This document shows, one piece after another, positions 37,281-50,660 of a stretch of 64,000 bases of DNA (position 1 is the stretch's first letter; every line of letters begins with the position of its first letter). Position numbers and translations under genes: made by a program. The notes under the pieces were generated by a model, which saw nothing but the letters and a program-made list of their open reading frames with translations, was not told where the DNA came from and made no database searches. Source of the DNA: Nymphaea colorata (Eukaryota); assembly GCF_008831285.2 (NCBI RefSeq), contig NC_045138.2, positions 14,074,001-14,138,000 on the forward strand, given 5' to 3'.

Positions 37281-38958
37281 GAGCATCGCTCCCTTCTTGA
37301 GTGAGCAGAGTATTTCATGCATCAGTGCTTAAACACAGATACTACCCATGCACATTAATCATTAATCAGCGCATGTCTTCCCTTCCATAGAAAAGGGGGT
37401 TTAAAAGCATATGATATATATCTCGAACTTTCAAACGATTAAATTATTTAAAAAAAAAAAAAACCAATACCAATCTTGTTATGTATTGGTCAAATTTTGT
37501 TCAATTAAAAACTGATTCTCTATCTAGCAAAGAATGAATATGATTTTACAAATTGCAAACCACATGCGTAGAAACATGATTGACTTAATAACTCTATGAC
37601 TATATTTTGACATGACGAAATGGGTTACCAGATCAACTTGTTCACATTGAAAATTAGTCTATAAATTCTTTACATAACAGAGCATCAACAACAACAACAT
37701 ACAGAATAAAAAAAACATGCATAAAATAAAAAAATATAATATGACAAAATTATATTCATAAATTTGACCGTGTACAAGTGGTCGCCCTGGTCCAAATCTA
37801 CAATCCAGCCGTCCGGTTGGAGAAAAATGCGTCGCAAGTTTTGGATTGCTCTTTAGAGTGGAAGACTCGGCCGCAATTTATGAAAAACTTGCAACTGGTG
37901 ATCCAGTTTTTAAGGAAGAAAATTTTCATTCCTGTACTGAAGAGGGGTGCATTTAAGGTCCATACGCACCACGACCTTGACCAAATTCATATATTTTACA
38001 TGTTAAACAGCATGAATTTAATCTGTAGAACAAAATTTACTTGTAAATTTTAGTTTAACCTAATATAAAAAAAGATTGAAAAATCATATCCTAGTTTAAA
38101 CGGATCCGACCCGTTTGAAGCGGTCGGCACAAGCATTGATATATTCAATTCAATTTAGGATGCCAAAGCGGGTCCGGATCTCGTCTCGCCCCTCATGACT
38201 GAGTATCCAATCCGTCACGTTGGTCATTCCGGCAAAAGTTGGATGAGAAAAAGTGAAGACCACCGCTAAAAGAGAGGTCCTGAACGGGAGTCAAAAATCT
38301 CCGACCGTGTGAACGGTGAACGTCCGTCTAGTCGAGGAGGAGCCCATCGCTTCCCCTCCTCGATCTGCGCAACGACCATATGCAATGCTGACCCAACTCA
38401 ATCAAATAACTCTTCCACCAAAAATGTTTAACTGGCCCGGCTTTTATTTAAAAAGATTATTCGCTAATCTTCACTTATAATCTTCACTTATGCGATGCTA
38501 AAATATACGATAATATTTACTGTTGTAGATGAAATACCATAACAAACAAAACAATCTAATATGAAAAAACCTTATTATACATATAAAATTTCTTGAGAGT
38601 GCCCGATGTCACTCATTTACTCTAAAAATCTAATATGAGACTTTGTCGTTTGCTTGAAAAAGTAGAAGGTTAATGATATGATATCTTTCCCAAAGATTGT
38701 AAAATTTGTGACACCTGCATTTTATTATTCAAATTTCTAAGATTTGGGCGACCGAAACAGGGGAGGAAGACCAACTGAAGTGGTTGCTCAAATTGATAAA
38801 CTTCTTCGCGCTATTTTAAGAGGAAAAAGATATGACGGCGCTTAAATTAATAATGTGAAATCTGCAGGTTTACGGAGATTACAAATATTAATTTATTTAG
38901 TTAGTGATTATTCAAATTGAGAGAGAAAGGATAAAGGGTCAGTGCGAACAGTTCCAAT

Positions 38959-38993
38959 GTCGGCGCGTGTTTGAATTCCCGAAGAGTATAAAA
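38959..38993 (+). promoter_or_regulatory. ERF core promoter: overlapping DRE/CRT core and CGCG box, then TATA
   Basis: GTCGGC (GCCGAC on minus) at 38959-38964 overlaps CGCGTG at 38964-38969; TATAAAA at 38987-38993, about 120 bp before the ATG. Confidence 0.55.
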
Positions 38994-39109
38994 CTAGCCG
39001 TTGGCAAACAAATTCCATCGTTGATCAATTTGGGCTATCTGTTTCCTCAATTGACTTCCCGCCGCCGCCATCACCACCACCACCAACAACAACCACCCAA
39101 GCGGCTTAT

Positions 39110-42100
39110 ATGTGTATGAAAGTGGCGGGAAAGCAGGATTCCGGAGAGGAATGGCTGAGAATCCCGGCCGGATGGGCTGACGAAGAGGCGGAGCAGTCGG
39201 AAGCGGTGGCGCCACGCATGTCGGCCTCCCATGGGGAGGAGATGCGCTTCCCTCTGTTCAACAGCGAGCATGAGATGTCCCTGATGGTCTCCGCGCTCAC
39301 CCGAGTCGTTTCCGGGGAGGTGCCACAGCGTGCGCCGCCCGATTGGTTCCCCCCTCGGTTCGGTACGGCGCCTACGGCCAGTGGAAGCTCAGTTTCCGGC
39401 TTGAAGCGCCAGCGAGAGGATCACCCGGTGATGTCGGAGCAATTAACTGTGCCGGTCCGGCAGTTCTCGGCTGAGGCGGAGGAGATAGGGAGCACTTCCT
39501 CGATTCCTGCGCAGTTCCTGCCTTCTTCTTCCTCCTCTCAAGGTAAGCAGTTGGATGGGAGAGTCACTTGCGATTTATGAACTCCCTTTCACTGGCTTGA
39601 AAAAAAAAAAGAAGGAAAGAAAGACCTACTGGTCTCTCTTCTCTTCTGGTGTTTGTTCCGCTTCTCCTAGCTCCTGGAGAAGAAAGAGGGCTCTACGGTC
39701 CTGACTTTCTCACACAAGGGCCTTTTGGTTGGTTAAGTTTAAGAAGATCTACTTCTTTTATGTTCTGCAATGCATGGCTGACGATGGTACTGTAGAATCA
39801 GGTTGCATGTTGTAGACCAGGAACCAATGATCTGCATGATCTTGCCAATTAACTCATCTTCTTAGCGGCATCTGGAAGCCATAATCGGCCAACCATGCTA
39901 CCCCATAGATTTACATTGAGACTTTCTCCTTTAGATACTTTTTAGTTCATATGATTCATGGTGCCCGTTCAAATTCCTGCGTACAATTCTAAAGGATACG
40001 CACCAAGTTCAGGACGAATTAATGCGGTGTCCCTACCACCATTTGGAACCAAGTGTTTCCAGATGAGATAGGCTGCTGTTGGGTAGGCACCAAGGATCTA
40101 CGTGGTCTCTTGCTCATAATTTATGTGCATCAACCAATCACATGGCCTGCATTTTCTGCCAGAAGATTTCCTCATGGAATGGAATGAATCTCCACTGGAT
40201 TTGATGCTGCCATGTGACGGAGATTATTCACACACGTAAGAGATGAGTTAATAGAAGATATCAATGGATTTCCATGGTCCCCTGTGCTGCATCATCAACT
40301 TGCTTTCTATTACAAGAGACGTATGTCCTGAAAGTTGAAAAGCCTGGTTCTGTGTTTGTTACTTATATCCTAGACTTGGTTTCAAAGAGAAAGATGGTAA
40401 AATTTCTTCATCTAGAAACAAATGTATATCTTGATTCTTGCACGCTTTCGGTTACGTATTGACCTATCTTTCCAGTGATAAGGAGAGGTTATGTAGAGTT
40501 GAAATGAATGCCGGACCACAGATTTTCTCTGTATGCTCCGAGGAACCCAGACAGAAGGCACCTTCTGAGAGACCCCTGAGTTTGTTTCCCTCTCACAGAG
40601 GGATCCATTTGCCGCGCACAGTATTCGTTCTTGGACTGAAAGAGTCTGGCCTGCCTCTAGTATTGATTGCAGAAGCCGACCATCGATACGTCTCCTTCTG
40701 CAAGCCACAAAAAATTCTCTGCCTCTTCTCTCTTTCTCTCTCTCTCTCTCTCTCTTTTCCTACAGAACCTCTACCTAAAATCTGGCCAAGAAGCAATTGT
40801 CACGTCAAATCCCGAAAAAGCCACGCTTTTCCCAAACCTACCCACAGTTCTATCAATTCAGAACTCTGCTTAAAAGGCAATTAGATAGAGAAATCGTCCT
40901 CCTTTACCTAAAAAATCATTGATCTTAATCACCAACCATTGAGGTTGACTAGACTCGCCATTATTTCTCTTCATTCCTTTACGCCTGACGAGGCATCCTC
41001 TGATGTCACCACAGAAGATCTACGCTTACTGCTATACAATGGAAAGGAAGGGAGGCATCGAGCGAAGAACTAGTTGCTAAGTTTGAAAATTCCGATGATT
41101 GTTCATAAGCTGCCAATCTTAGTTGTGTGGACTTTTTCTTCTTCTAGATCTGTCTCATTAATGCCGCCACCATCATCATCCTGAACAGTTTAACTGGCCA
41201 TTAATACTTGCAGATTTGTTCAAACTGCAATTAGAGCTCAATTTGTCCTCAAAGCCACGACTCTTTCAAACGGAGATCGATCCATTGAAGATGATTGCAT
41301 TCTCATATAAATTCCGTTCAAAATCCATCTTGATTAATTTTCAGTAGCTAATAGATTGCCCGCCGAGTCTCTGTAATTCGAAGTTAGATCTTTGGCTGTT
41401 TTTTTTTTTTCTAAAACCCATTGGTGTTCTTCCTTGTTATCATGTAAGGTTTTTGTGAGGAGAATTACTAATGTGAAGTGTTTATTATGTCGATTGTCTG
41501 AAAATGCAGGGGAGGAAAGCACGAGGAGCACCACGAGCACAGAGGAAGCGACGGGCAGCGGCGGGGGAGTTGGAGAGCAGAGGAGGCGGTATAGAGGAGT
41601 AAGGCAGAGGCCATGGGGCAAGTGGGCCGCGGAGATCAGGGACCCCCACAAGGCCGCCCGCGTGTGGCTCGGGACATTCGACACTGCAGAGGCGGCCGCC
41701 CGCGCCTACGACGAGGCCGCTCTCCGCTTCCGTGGCAACCGCGCGAAGCTCAACTTCCCGGAGAACGTTCGCCTCCTCCGACCCCCTCAACCATCCTTTC
41801 CAGTCACCGCCGCCCCAACCACCACCGTCGTAGCCGCCGCTGCAGCGACACATTACCCCGTGGCACCCTCGAGATTAACCGACGACTACGTTCAGTACTT
41901 CCGGCTGCTCCAGAGCTCGGGGGTGCAGCCCCGTCCTCGGAGCCTCCTCGACCAGTACCTCTTCGCCACCACCACCGGCGGGTCGAGTTCGACGTCCCCC
42001 GCCTCTGCTCCTCCTCGTCCCGGCAGTTCCGGTCCAACCAATGTCCCTCCAGCGCCGGAAGAGGACGTCCCGGCGACGTGGACGGGCGCTCCCTGGTTCC

Positions 42101-42117
42101 CTCCCAGCTCCAGTTAA
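39110..42117 (+). CDS. AP2/ERF transcription factor, group X (ABR1/ERF110-like), two exons, 346 aa
   Basis: Exon 1 39110-39542 (MCMKVA.., group X motif [15 protein letters not shown]); phase-1 GT-AG intron 39543-41509; exon 2 41510-42117 with AP2 domain [59 protein letters not shown]. Total 1041 nt in frame. Confidence 0.93.
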
Positions 42118-42199
42118 CGCCGTCCTTTTGTATTTTTTTCTCTTTCTTTCCTTCCTTTGTCTTTTTCAGAAGGCTTTTTTTTTTCTTTTTTGTTACCGT

Positions 42200-42504
42200 T
42201 AAAAAGAAAGGGTTTGGAGTTGTCGACATGGAATTTAGTAGACGAATCTACCCTCATGTATCTTTTCTTATTACTAAAATGGTGGATCGCTGTGCTGCGC
42301 CCTGGCACCATCAGGTGCATTTCTGCAATTTATACTCAAAACTTCGGCTAAAAAGAAATGTCTTGGAGTTGTCGACATAGAATTCACTAGACGAATCTAC
42401 CCTCTCCTATATTTTTTTATTACGAAAATGGTGAATCGCTGTGCTGCGCCCTGGCACCATTAGGTGCATTTCTGCAATTTATACTCAAAACTACGGCTAA
42501 AAAG
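42200..42504. repeat. 149-bp tandem duplication in the ERF 3' region
   Basis: TTGGAGTTGTCGACAT.. begins at 42214 and again at 42363; the copies differ by scattered substitutions. Confidence 0.9.
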
Positions 42505-45500
42505 TTCAAAGCGCTGCAGCCCCTGGAAAGAAGATTTGCACGCACCGGTGACATGGAACGGGTGGCCACTGACCCGGTGACGTGGCGAAACTGCCGCTTC
42601 ACGTGAGGCGCGAGGCGCTTGCGCCCTCGAAGCGTCGGCCGCACGAGGCGCTCCAGATGGTGCTGGAACGCGGCTCTCGACCGTTGGCTCCCCGCGATGA
42701 ACGGCGATGGAGGCGTCGCCTTCCCGTGCTGGTTATGCTCACGGCTCACCGGCACCGCCGTCCACGTGCTGGGGCGAGTCGGGGCAACACGCTGCGCTTG
42801 TTTTGGATCTGGATCTAACGCTGGTCGGATCCATACGCGTCGATTGAGACAAATGAATATCGATTCTTTTTTGGACCCGGACCATGGACCCTGATCCGGT
42901 GCTGAAGAGAAATGATGTACCAAGGAAGAACGTAGCTGCAGATCTTATTTTAAAAAGAATTAGAAAGTTTAGGATTTGGAGTATGATATCTTGAAATTGA
43001 AATTTTCCATCGCTAAAAATATCATAATGGATTGCTGCAAACACCATGAATTGTTGTTGATAACGCTTTTGTGCCAATTTTCTTAAACATTAGATTTTTT
43101 TTTTTTTTCTTACCTTTGGGTAACATTATCGATTCACATAGTAATTATGCTTAGTTACTTGACCTCGATATTTGATGATCTATCTACCAAAAGCGTTCAC
43201 AAATGGTGATCGAGGAAGGAAAGGACCCTTTTAAATTCTCAACAAATTTAAAACCACGTTATTTTTGTGAAAAATATTATAAATACTTTGAAACACACCC
43301 ACAAAATCCGTAAAAAAAAATATATCGATGTCTTTTTTCCTTTTTTTTTTTCTTGCCTCTGCCTCTGTTTCGTAAGCATCATGTAAGAGAGAATATGAAA
43401 GAATATTCCATCTTACCACACAACTACTCCACTCAATGGCAAAGCCAAAAATTTTTAGTTAAAGGATGTTATTTTACAATTTTTCATTTTTTAAGAGACA
43501 CAATATATGTACAAATAAGCAAGTAACTATAAGACATTTGTATAAGAATAAAGAAAAATTTTGAAGTTGGTGGGGGCAACTGCCCACGCTAGCTTATATG
43601 TAGCTCTGCTACTACACTTTCACCCTTCCCCCCATACCTCGAGAAACCAAACCTACTTGAGTGATGTTCTTGTATACTTTAACTTATATATGAGTGTCTC
43701 TTCTTGCAACATAGAAAATTAATGTCTCGAAAATTTGGAATGAAAACCGAAAGCCTATCAACTCTGTCGCATCTCTTGTGTGCTGTCAAAATGTTTTGCT
43801 ACGAGTCTGCGACGTTGGTGCTGGAGGTCAAGCGGACGGAGACCCAGCATGGGTTCCAGATGCCAAACCAACGCCCATTTCTTCCCACCGCCGTCGGAGG
43901 GAGACAATGACAACCACGTTCAATAGTGCCATGCCTCAACTGTTCAAAATATGCTGGCCGGGCCACCCGCTTCTGACCGGCCTCCGCGGGTATATCTTGT
44001 CTTTCTCCAGTCCAATCACATGTCTGGACATATAGATCGCCGGCCGCCGGCGTAGAAACATTAGTATATTGTCTTGGACTCATCGGAGAGACGATGTCTC
44101 CGGGTTGAAGTTTCAACCACTTGGACCCGGACTCGCTGGACCAAAGCTACAAACACATCTTTGACTTGAAGTTAAAGGAAAATGGAGTGCAGTTTGATCA
44201 CAAATTTCATGCATCAACTATTCAAAAATGGCTCCATGTCGTCCTGACCCATTCCCGCCGGACCCAATTCATTGCCACTGGTCTGGACATGGACCCGGTT
44301 TCTCTAACGGTCAAGAACCCCATTCTTGGTCATCCTGGTCACTTCCCAAATCTTTGGGGCATTGGAAAGATAGCTCTTTGGTGTACCAGCAATCTGGACG
44401 ACTTTAATGTCCAAATTCAATATATACATGCATGCATGCATACATACAATAATACTTGTGAAGCGAGAAACCATATTTTTCTGGTGATATAATTTGAGAA
44501 AGTAGAGATTTTCACCTGCTCGAGAATGTCATGATCTCATTTGAGACCCAAAGTGAGGGGCATATTGAGAAAGGAAAAAGAAAAAGCATATGGTTCCGAA
44601 ATAATGATTAAAGGCCAAGCATTAAATGAAAATTTCTCCCTGTTTTATTCTCTCTCTTTTAACCAAAGCTGATTTAGGTATAACTGTCTTTCTTCTGGCA
44701 TATTTCTGTCATCCAGTGAAATAGAGAAACAAAGAATTGATGTGAAGTGACAGTAGAGGGATAAGGATCACATGACTGGCGCTTATCTTGTCGATCAAAG
44801 GAGTATGTTGGGTTCATGAAGCTTCTACTGCGTGTCCAAGAAGGGGGATGGAATCGCCTGACCTGTTGCCTTAACTTTAGGGCAAGCGTTCTTTGAACAG
44901 AGACTTTTAAAGTTGGCAGGTTCCAAGGAGAAAAAGGTTTCTAGAGACTCTACAAATCCCTGGGATTTTTCCATTAGAGTATCTCCCAGCTCAGGTCCCG
45001 CAGTTAGGTTTGTAGATCCCATCAAGAAATTAAAACAATCAATTACTATGCAGTTAGGTTACTTAAGACTTGACCATTCGAATAAGGATTGAGTCATGAT
45101 CTTGGTTTATAGGGCAAACTCCTTCGTTATCAAGCTTCTTCTGAGCTTGGTCATGAAAGAAAAGGTTGGTAGTGCAATTTAATTAGTTAATGCACTTATA
45201 TATTGTATAAATAAAATTTTGATGTTATTTTTCTTATTTTCTGCTGTATAAAATTAATTGTTCATGCTGTTGTAAACCTTCATATTTGGATAAGCTTGTA
45301 TGGAAAATTTCAAAGACTTTAGATCGTTGAACTTACTACTCTCATTGGCGATTGAGACTCCTAATCTTAGATGGGAGGGTTTCATATTACACCTAAAATA
45401 TATGGTTCTAGCAATTTGTAGATTTCAGAACCTTGAATCTCAAGTTACAAGGAGGAGGGGAAGTGGAAGGTGGCTGACTCTTCGGTGACTTTCGCGGTCG

Positions 45501-46159
45501 CCCTCACTGAACCGACTTGAATCTGAGCTACGATTCAGATCAAGTCTTACAGAAATTGGATTTCTTTTTCGTGCCATATAGCGCTTTGACTTTAGTTTTC
45601 CCCCTTCAAATATAGAATATTAGGTTCTTGTTAGAAACCAAGGATCTTAGATCTTGGGATTTAAGATTTGAATCTTATATTGACGGTAACCAAACACACA
45701 TGATCCATCTTGATGTTGAAATAACTAATCTAAAAGCGTTTTACTGTAGACATTTTGTAACCTCAAGGAAAGAATTGAAGCAAAACCAGAGAAAATTTCA
45801 GCTGCATTCCATGTGATTCCTCCTCTGAACCTGATTATTTTTCCCAACTAGAAAGCTGTCATGTATTGGATGCATTGAAGTAGGTACAATATTGTCTCTG
45901 CTGCACTTCTGGGTCCCCATGAGGATTAAAGCTCTGTCATTAAGCATGACATTTGAACCTGTCTATGTACCAAGCACAATTCATTGGGGGCGAGTAGGGA
46001 GAGTATTTCATCCTATAGACCAACGAAGTGCTCAAGGCCCTCACCTTCACTCCTATCCCACCCCCCTACCCACATGGTATCAGCCCTGCTTTCGGTGCTC
46101 CATGTTAATGCATTCATTATGCTACAACTTGCATGTCAATGTCTCCCTTTTTACAACAT

Positions 46160-46630
46160 AAGAAGTTGATGTTCGGAGAATTCAAAATTGAAACTGACTA
46201 CATACTAATTCCCACCTCATCCATTGTACCAACCCCCTCAAAGATACTGAGCATAATTGTGCATGAAAAGATGGTTTGTATTTTACCACAAGCGCTCTCA
46301 AGCATGTGTATGGGCACACACAACCATACAGAGCCTGACTGTTGCTTGGGGAAAAGTTGAAGGCCAAGATTCTAGGTAAGGAAATGAGAAAACTATATTA
46401 TGAAGTCCAAAGGCACTGTCAAGCAATACAAACGAATCATACTAATGCCTGTGGAACTTTGTGCTTTCTTTTATAGACATGAAAATGTCTTATCAAAATT
46501 TGGAAGTTGTTTCCTTTCTGAGCTGGTAACAAAGTTGGCAGCATGACATTAAAAATTATGATAAAGTTGGTTGCAAAGGAATAATTTAGTTCAGTATGAG
46601 ATGAAGAGTTGTCAAATCATAAGAAAAAGG
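46160..46630 (+). mobile_element. Highly degraded copia integrase/RT remnant
   Basis: Short collinear peptides IVHEKMVCILPQ (cf. IVHEKTVPYTPQ), SKGTVKQYKR (cf. DGTVERYKAR) and WQHDIKN (cf. W..HQMDVKN), heavily deleted. Confidence 0.45.
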
Positions 46631-46969
46631 ATGTGAGAGACCACTATTGGATTCCTTTGGGTAACCCTATTGCTAAAAGACAGAATAAAGAGCTCAAAAG
46701 CTGGGAATAGTGGTGTAGCCTCTCTCTTAGTTAGGGAAGGCCTAATAACACTTGGCAATGCTGCAGTGAAAAGGAAGCCGATAAAGGAACAGTGGCAGAC
46801 TTCATCCTAGCAACATGCTACAAGAAGTATGCAGTCGTGTCGAAATTACTGTTTCTGTTGGTCGCCAATGTAATAGAATCGTCAGCTATATTCCGTCATA
46901 ATGTGAACACCTTTGAAAATTTGGGGGATCACTAGCTTCAAAATAAAATAATGCCATTACTTTACTTTA

Positions 46970-47305
46970 GGGGGCGTTTGACGGCTTTAAATATTCATTT
47001 TAAAATTAAATTGTAAAAACAAGTTCCACTTCAAATTGGAATTGAAATGAAAATTTCAGTTCTAGTTTTCCTTTGTTTCTGAAGTCCGAAATTTTGATTT
47101 CAAAATTGAAAATGATGTGTTTGATAAAACATGAATTAAAACCATCATGACATATGTCCTAAGAAAATATGAAAAAATTCTAAAATTATAATTCCACCAT
47201 TTAAGGTAGAATCAAAATTCTCTGTTTGATAAGACAATTCCAATTTCACCAAAAAGCAAGAATTTTAATTCTAGAATTTTAAAATTTCGGCCTCATCAAA
47301 CACAA
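46970..47305. mobile_element. AT-rich MITE-like element
   Basis: Starts GGGGGCGTTTGA and ends TCAAACACAAC (imperfect TIR), with a GAATT/AATTC-rich interior. Confidence 0.4.
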
Positions 47306-48020
47306 CATTCATTAATTCACCATGTAAAGGAACTGTTCTATATTTTATTTACTGATTTCAACATTGGCCTTCCCAGGTTTGGCCATTAATTGCTTCCAAA
47401 TTCAATTCCGGCACTCTTCAACCTTGGTGATAATGATGTCACGCTGGATGAAGACAGGGACGTAGATAGACAGAATCTATAGTGAAATTCAACCTTCAGC
47501 AAATTCGACTCAACTGGATAATTGGACTCGCATTAAGACACTGATTCGGGCTCCAGTGTTTAAAACTAAACTCAGCCTGACCATATAAGATCTGACATTC
47601 AATTTCAAATATGATCATATCTCAGTTGGATTCAGATTCAATTATGAAACGGCGTATTAGATCCAAAACCAGTTGGTAGCCGCCTTCAAATTTCTTTATC
47701 AGATTCTGGCTAGTCTATTTGAGCTTCAAATCAGCAATAGGATACATCCGATCCGGTTTACATGGGTCAGTAAACGGATCGGATGTATCCTATTTTACTA
47801 GTTTTGTTAGAGAATTGTTTTCATAAATGGTAGTGGAGGGCTGTTATGAGTTTAATGAAAAATGTCGTGGTCCACCGCTGCACATTACTCTACTGCTATT
47901 AGTGGCGAGGAAGACCGAGAATACTTGGCCAAATAGCACAATCTTCTCCAGTTTACCTCATATAGCGTGAGCATAATTACTCATGGTTGGCGTTCTTAAA
48001 ATTTTTACCATTCTCAAATC

Positions 48021-48045
48021 TAGGGTTTAAGGTTTAGGGTTTAGG
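48021..48045 (+). repeat. Short interstitial telomere-like repeat
   Basis: TAGGG TTTAAGG TTTAGGG TTTAGG. Confidence 0.6.
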
Positions 48046-48419
48046 TCTCAAACAGCCTGAATTCTATTTGAGACTTGTATCATTTTCTGTCGTGTAAGAT
48101 CTCAACCGCCTGCAACTTTATCTCTTAGTGGCCTCGATTTCTCCGCCTATTCTGGACTTGTTGAGTACTTGTATCTTTGTGCCATTTTAATTCAATCAAC
48201 AATATCTATTCCTAAGTGGAACGAAATCATGAACGAGTCGAGTAACGAAGCCGTATCAAATTGATTCACTAGACCAATCCAGATTTCATGCAGTTCCTCA
48301 CCATGCATCGATTTGTCTGTACTGACACATCGGAACCTGCAAAGAGAAAAAAACGATATTTAGGCATGGTTATCAGTTCTGGATCATCATCGTTGCTAAC
48401 ATTATGAATGAAATTAAAA

Positions 48420-50660
48420 TGGCACAAACATGTCCCCATTTTCTTTCTTTTCATAAACACCACCACCATCAACATAGTTGTTCTGCTCCGTCTCTGCGAC
48501 CTGCAGAAAAAGGGAAAATCGTGCAAAAGAGAGCGCAGAAAAGACAAAATCCTGTACAAGAAAGCTGCCAAAAACTGTTTCCAATGAAATCCAACCAAAG
48601 ATATCTAGTGTTCTTTCTGATGCGAGATGGAAGAAGAGGTTCTGGTGGCGATCTCATGCTACGGACACCTAATGTCAGAGTTTAAGCTTGTAACTACCCA
48701 GAAGCAGATGGCTTGCAATTCAACTTTCAGTAGCAGATCGTTGCATTCAGCAAAAGCAAAGAAAAAGCATGCATTTTGAAACTGTTTACTTGTGGAAAGG
48801 TGAACCAAACCTAATTTGCAACTCGACATAAAACATAACAGCGAAAAAATATATGTATTTACAAAAGAATTCTGTCATCCCCACTGCACTTACAGAATTA
48901 ACATACGGTCTTTTCAATTGCTTGACTCATTGAACCTGATGTTCCACATTAATATCTGACACATGGAGAACTTGTGACTATATACCTTACTCCAAAGTTG
49001 ATCAGCCATGAAAAAGTCTACCATGACAACCTGCAAAGCAAATTAAAAAGTGTAACGAGATTATCAGATGCAGATGGAGACAAACTGATGGAAGCCTAGA
49101 CGCCAGAACTTGGTGATAATTTCATTTTTTAATAATCAGGACAACTAATCATTTAACCAACTCCTTAATAGCTTTGAATATTTTCAACAATCTAGAAATA
49201 TAAATGACTAAACTCTTATAGTGGGTGTTAAAGATCAACACCCATTCAAGCATATTCATCTATGAAGGTGAGACCCTAGATCAGAGTATTGAACCATTCT
49301 TATAATAATTTGGTTGCAGCCTTAAAAGACTAGAAAAGAAAAATAATTATTTACTTACCGAGCCCTCTTATTAGCCCTTAGAGTTTCACAAAATTTTCAT
49401 TATTGACCTAGTGTTCACAATAGGTTGTCACACCAATAATAATGTCCCACCAAACATTTGCCAAAAACATGATCTATGGTATTCTTAAAAAGTGAAAAGA
49501 ACTCATTTTAGTGTTTGCAAACATCAACACAATAAAAAAATGACTACCTTTTAAAGCATCTTCTAACCCAAGGGCGGGCACCAGTAAAGGGCCATGCACC
49601 CCCCCTCTATATTTTGAACTTTTAAAATTTGCACATAACCTTTAGAAAATATTCTCACTCACTGTAAGAATTTTCAAAAACATATTGGCCCCTTTTATAG
49701 TTTATTCTTCGATTGTTCAGCCTCTCTAAGATGAAAATTCCAGCTTTGCCCTTGCACTAGGATTCAGTTAGTCATTGATTCTATTAGCAGGTGTCAACTC
49801 CCTGCATAAACCTAATAATTAGGGCAGAGTTGGAAATTTCTTATTGACGGTGTCGAACTATTGTTTTACATTTTTTACAATTTTCAAAATTTTTATATAA
49901 GTTAAATGATTTTCTTTTAAATTACATGTTAGATTTTCTTTTTTAAATTTGGGAGCGTGACCTCTACGACCCTCACTTTGCATCACTAGAGTTTTTACGT
50001 GACCATGATGAGCAACAAAGTTTCTTTTTCTGGGAAAGCCGAAGCTTCCCACCTTACTTCCATCCCTCCAAAGTTCAACGTTCTTTTTGGTGCTTAGGGG
50101 ATGCCCCTGCTATGCTTCAACTTACATATCGGTGCTCCTTTTCTTTACAATATTGAAAGTTGATGACCTGATGATCGAAATAGATGCTGACTGCTTATCA
50201 AGTCTCTTTCATCACTTTTCCGGTGCATCATGTACCTTGTAAATTGGTGCCAAGACAACATTCCGTAGGATTCTGAGGAAACAGTAGCAGGTTGATCTGT
50301 AGAATACATTAAAAAGACAGACCAGCAGCAAAGAGATCTGACAAAAGGCAAATCAAAGGAATCAGCAGGAGAGAGAGAGAGAGCAAAAGGAAGCAGCAGT
50401 AACAGTAAGAGTACTAATTAAGAGCAGTAATAGATCTAGTGATTAGGAGGAGGAATAAATATTGTTAATTACCAGAGGAGGAGGACAGGGATGGCATCCA
50501 CCTGTGGGGAGGAATGGCCCTTTGCAACGATATAGAGGTGACTGGTGAGCCAGCATGACGTGGTGAGTAATGAGTCTGCCAGGCAAAGACTCACAACATT
50601 TGAGAACTTTATTGCTTGGCTCGAGCCAATCAAGAACAATGAAAGTAGAGTTTCCTGCTT
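48420..50660 (-). pseudogene. PHO1-family phosphate exporter (EXS domain) pseudogene fragment
   Basis: About 50660-50473: NSTFIV..KVLKC.., frameshifted into VAKGHSSPQVDAIPVLLL|gt. 50337-50236: ISLLLVCLFNVFYRSTCYCFLRILRNVVLAPIYK. 49030-48986: VVMVDFFMADQLWSK (cf. PLYKVVMLDFFMADQLCSQ). Weak YEK..G..LC trace near 48420-48480. No SPX domain or complete C-terminus recognised. Confidence 0.85.

Noticed and set aside
41334..42380. 255-aa and other ORFs overlapping ERF exon 2
   Set aside because: GC-rich frame shadows; the 41392 ORF start lies in the intron.
44825..45025. 66-aa minus ORF with coding-like composition
   Set aside because: No recognisable motif or splice partners.
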